DNA of 64,000 nucleotides from Anaerolineales bacterium (GTDB lineage Bacteria > Chloroflexota > Anaerolineae > Anaerolineales > UBA6663). The translations under genes were made by a program, and so were the position numbers. Numbering within the stretch: the stretch's first letter is position 1; each line of letters starts with the position of its first letter. The notes beneath the pieces are model-generated. The model saw nothing but the letters and a program-made list of their open reading frames with translations, searched no databases and was not told the DNA's origin. This document shows positions 62,706 to 64,000 of this stretch, piece by piece. The stretch lies in NCBI GenBank assembly GCA_044224715.1, contig JBGAJV010000001.1, forward strand, positions 38,186-102,185. Reading direction: 5' to 3'.

Positions 62706-64000
62706 ATGTCCCCAGACACCGCTTCGCCCGACATCCCATCGCAATCGTTCGACCTCGAAGGCCTCGATTGCGCCGATTGCGCTCGCGCGATCGAGCGCTC
62801 GGTCGCTCAACTGCAAGGCGTCGACGCCGCGCGGGTGAACTATATGGCCGGTCGGTTGACCGTCGCCGGCGCGGTTCCGGCCGAGGCGGTCGCCTCGCAG
62901 GTGCGCGCCCTCGGTTACGGAATCCGCCAAACCGAGCCCAACACAACGCTGCAGCGGACGACCATCGGTCTCGGCGTGCGCGGCTTTGTCGCCTTCTTGC
63001 TGCAACGGCAGACCACGGCGCTGGCGCTGGCGGCGCTGATCGCCATCGTGCCCGCCGCCGTGGCGCGCGAGTTGTGGCCGCTGTTCACCGGTCAGGACGT
63101 GGCTGGCTGGTGGCCCGAGGCGCTCGGCCTGCTCGCCCTCGGCCTGGCCGGTTGGCCGATCGCGCGCAGCGCCTGGACCGCCCTGGCCACGACGCACGAG
63201 ATCACGATCAACGTGCTGATGACGATCGCGGCCATCGGCGCTGTGATCATCGGCGCCACGACCGAGGCCGGCCTCGTGATGACGCTCTTTGCGATCGGCG
63301 AAGCGCTCGAGGGCTACACCGGCGAGCGGGCGCGCGCCGCGATCCAGGATCTGGTCTCCACGGCCCCGGCCGAGGCGACGCTGCTCGAGCGCGACGCCGA
63401 AGGCCCGGTGCGTGAGCGACGCGTGCCAGTCACGGCCCTGCGCGTGGGCGACGTGATCGTGGCCCGGCCGGGCGAACGGGTCGCCATGGACGGCCGCGTC
63501 GGCGCCGGAGAGTCGGCCGTCAACCAGGCGCCGATCACGGGCGAGAGCCTGCCGATCGCCAAGGCGCCCGGCGACGAGGTCTTCGCCGGCACACTCAACG
63601 GCGAGGGCGCGCTCGAGATCATCGTCACGCGGCTGGCCGATGACAGCACGCTCGCGCGCATCGTCCACATGGTCGCGGAGGCCGAGTCCCGCAAGGCGCC
63701 GGCGCAGCGCTTCGTCGACCGCTTCGCGCAGGTCTACACGCCGCTGGTCGTGGTCGTCGCCGGCGCCGTCGCGGCGGTGCCACCCTTGTTCTTCGGACAG
63801 CCCTTCTGGAACCCCGACCCGCAGACCCAGGGCTGGCTCTATCGCGCCCTGGAGCTGCTCGTGGTCGCCTGCCCGTGCGCGCTGGTGGTCAGCACGCCGG
63901 TGACGCTGATCAGCGCCATCGCCAACGGCGCGCGCCACGGTCTGCTCATCAAGGGCGGCGCCCAACTCGAAACCCTGGCCGGCGTGCGCGCGATCGCGTT
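62706..64000 (+). CDS. P1B-type heavy-metal (Zn/Cd/Pb-type) translocating ATPase, 3' end beyond window
   Basis: Hand translation from ATG 62706: MSPDTASPDIPSQSFDLEGLDCADCARAIERSV (HMA domain, GxDCxxC). The frame is still open at 64000. The TM6 motif ELLVVACPCALVVSTP is verified at about 63840-63900. Absent from the ORF track because edge-truncated. Confidence 0.9.
   Translation, partial: MSPDTASPDIPSQSFDLEGLDCADCARAIERSVAQLQGVDAARVNYMAGRLTVAGAVPAEAVASQVRALGYGIRQTEPNTTLQRTTIGLGVRGFVAFLLQRQTTALALAALIAIVPAAVARELWPLFTGQDVAGWWPEALGLLALGLAGWPIARSAWTALATTHEITINVLMTIAAIGAVIIGATTEAGLVMTLFAIGEALEGYTGERARAAIQDLVSTAPAEATLLERDAEGPVRERRVPVTALRVGDVIVARPGERVAMDGRVGAGESAVNQAPITGESLPIAKAPGDEVFAGTLNGEGALEIIVTRLADDSTLARIVHMVAEAESRKAPAQRFVDRFAQVYTPLVVVVAGAVAAVPPLFFGQPFWNPDPQTQGWLYRALELLVVACPCALVVSTPVTLISAIANGARHGLLIKGGAQLETLAGVRAIA

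Overview
GC-rich (roughly two-thirds G+C by eye, not computed), densely coding 64-kb chromosomal segment. I call 49 protein-coding genes. Two are cut by the window edges and so are missing from the ORF track: an M23 peptidase at 1-1143 (minus) and a P1B-type heavy-metal ATPase at 62706-64000 (plus). I see no rRNA, tRNA, CRISPR, transposase, integrase, phage or recognisable defence genes, so this reads as core chromosome rather than an island. Content falls into four groups. (1) Envelope and secreted proteins: M23 peptidase, L,D-transpeptidase, CBM9-like lipoprotein, SpoIID/LamG protein, G5/beta-propeller protein, FG-GAP protein, a GT-C/NHL fusion and a GH-like/O-antigen-ligase fusion. (2) Housekeeping: map, manA, glgB, sucCD, rsmD, rluB, scpB, dinB, trpB2, ptrB. 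(3) Signalling: a 1688-aa hybrid histidine kinase, a GGDEF cyclase and an ECF sigma/anti-sigma pair. (4) A metal-homeostasis block at the 3' end: two DtxR-family genes, FeoA/FeoB, and ArsR plus a Zn/Cd-type ATPase. Most long ORFs in the track that overlap these genes in other frames or on the other strand are GC-driven shadow ORFs, and several track ORFs have spurious N-terminal extensions; I give corrected starts. The style (PT-rich linkers, a TIGR03663-like GT-C protein, repeated -10-N6-ATG leaderless geometry, GC hairpin repeats ending in CCTAC) reminds me of filamentous Chloroflexota, but that is a low-confidence inference. I found no clear novel multi-gene system such as a defence island. 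Most worth a second look: (a) the Feo operon, with a membrane-anchored DtxR-FeoA-FeoA fusion and a FeoB split into two genes; (b) a family of covarying GC hairpin repeats that supply stop codons, sit inside the sucC 3' end and occur as a 3x54-bp tandem array; (c) a shared C-terminal [KR]-h-[WF]-[LF]-P-x-[IM]-x-R tail on two secreted proteins; (d) a luciferase-like oxidoreductase whose conserved N-terminus can only be reached from a non-canonical (ATT/ATC) start; (e) two copies of a ~90-nt intergenic element that begins with a 15-bp palindrome.
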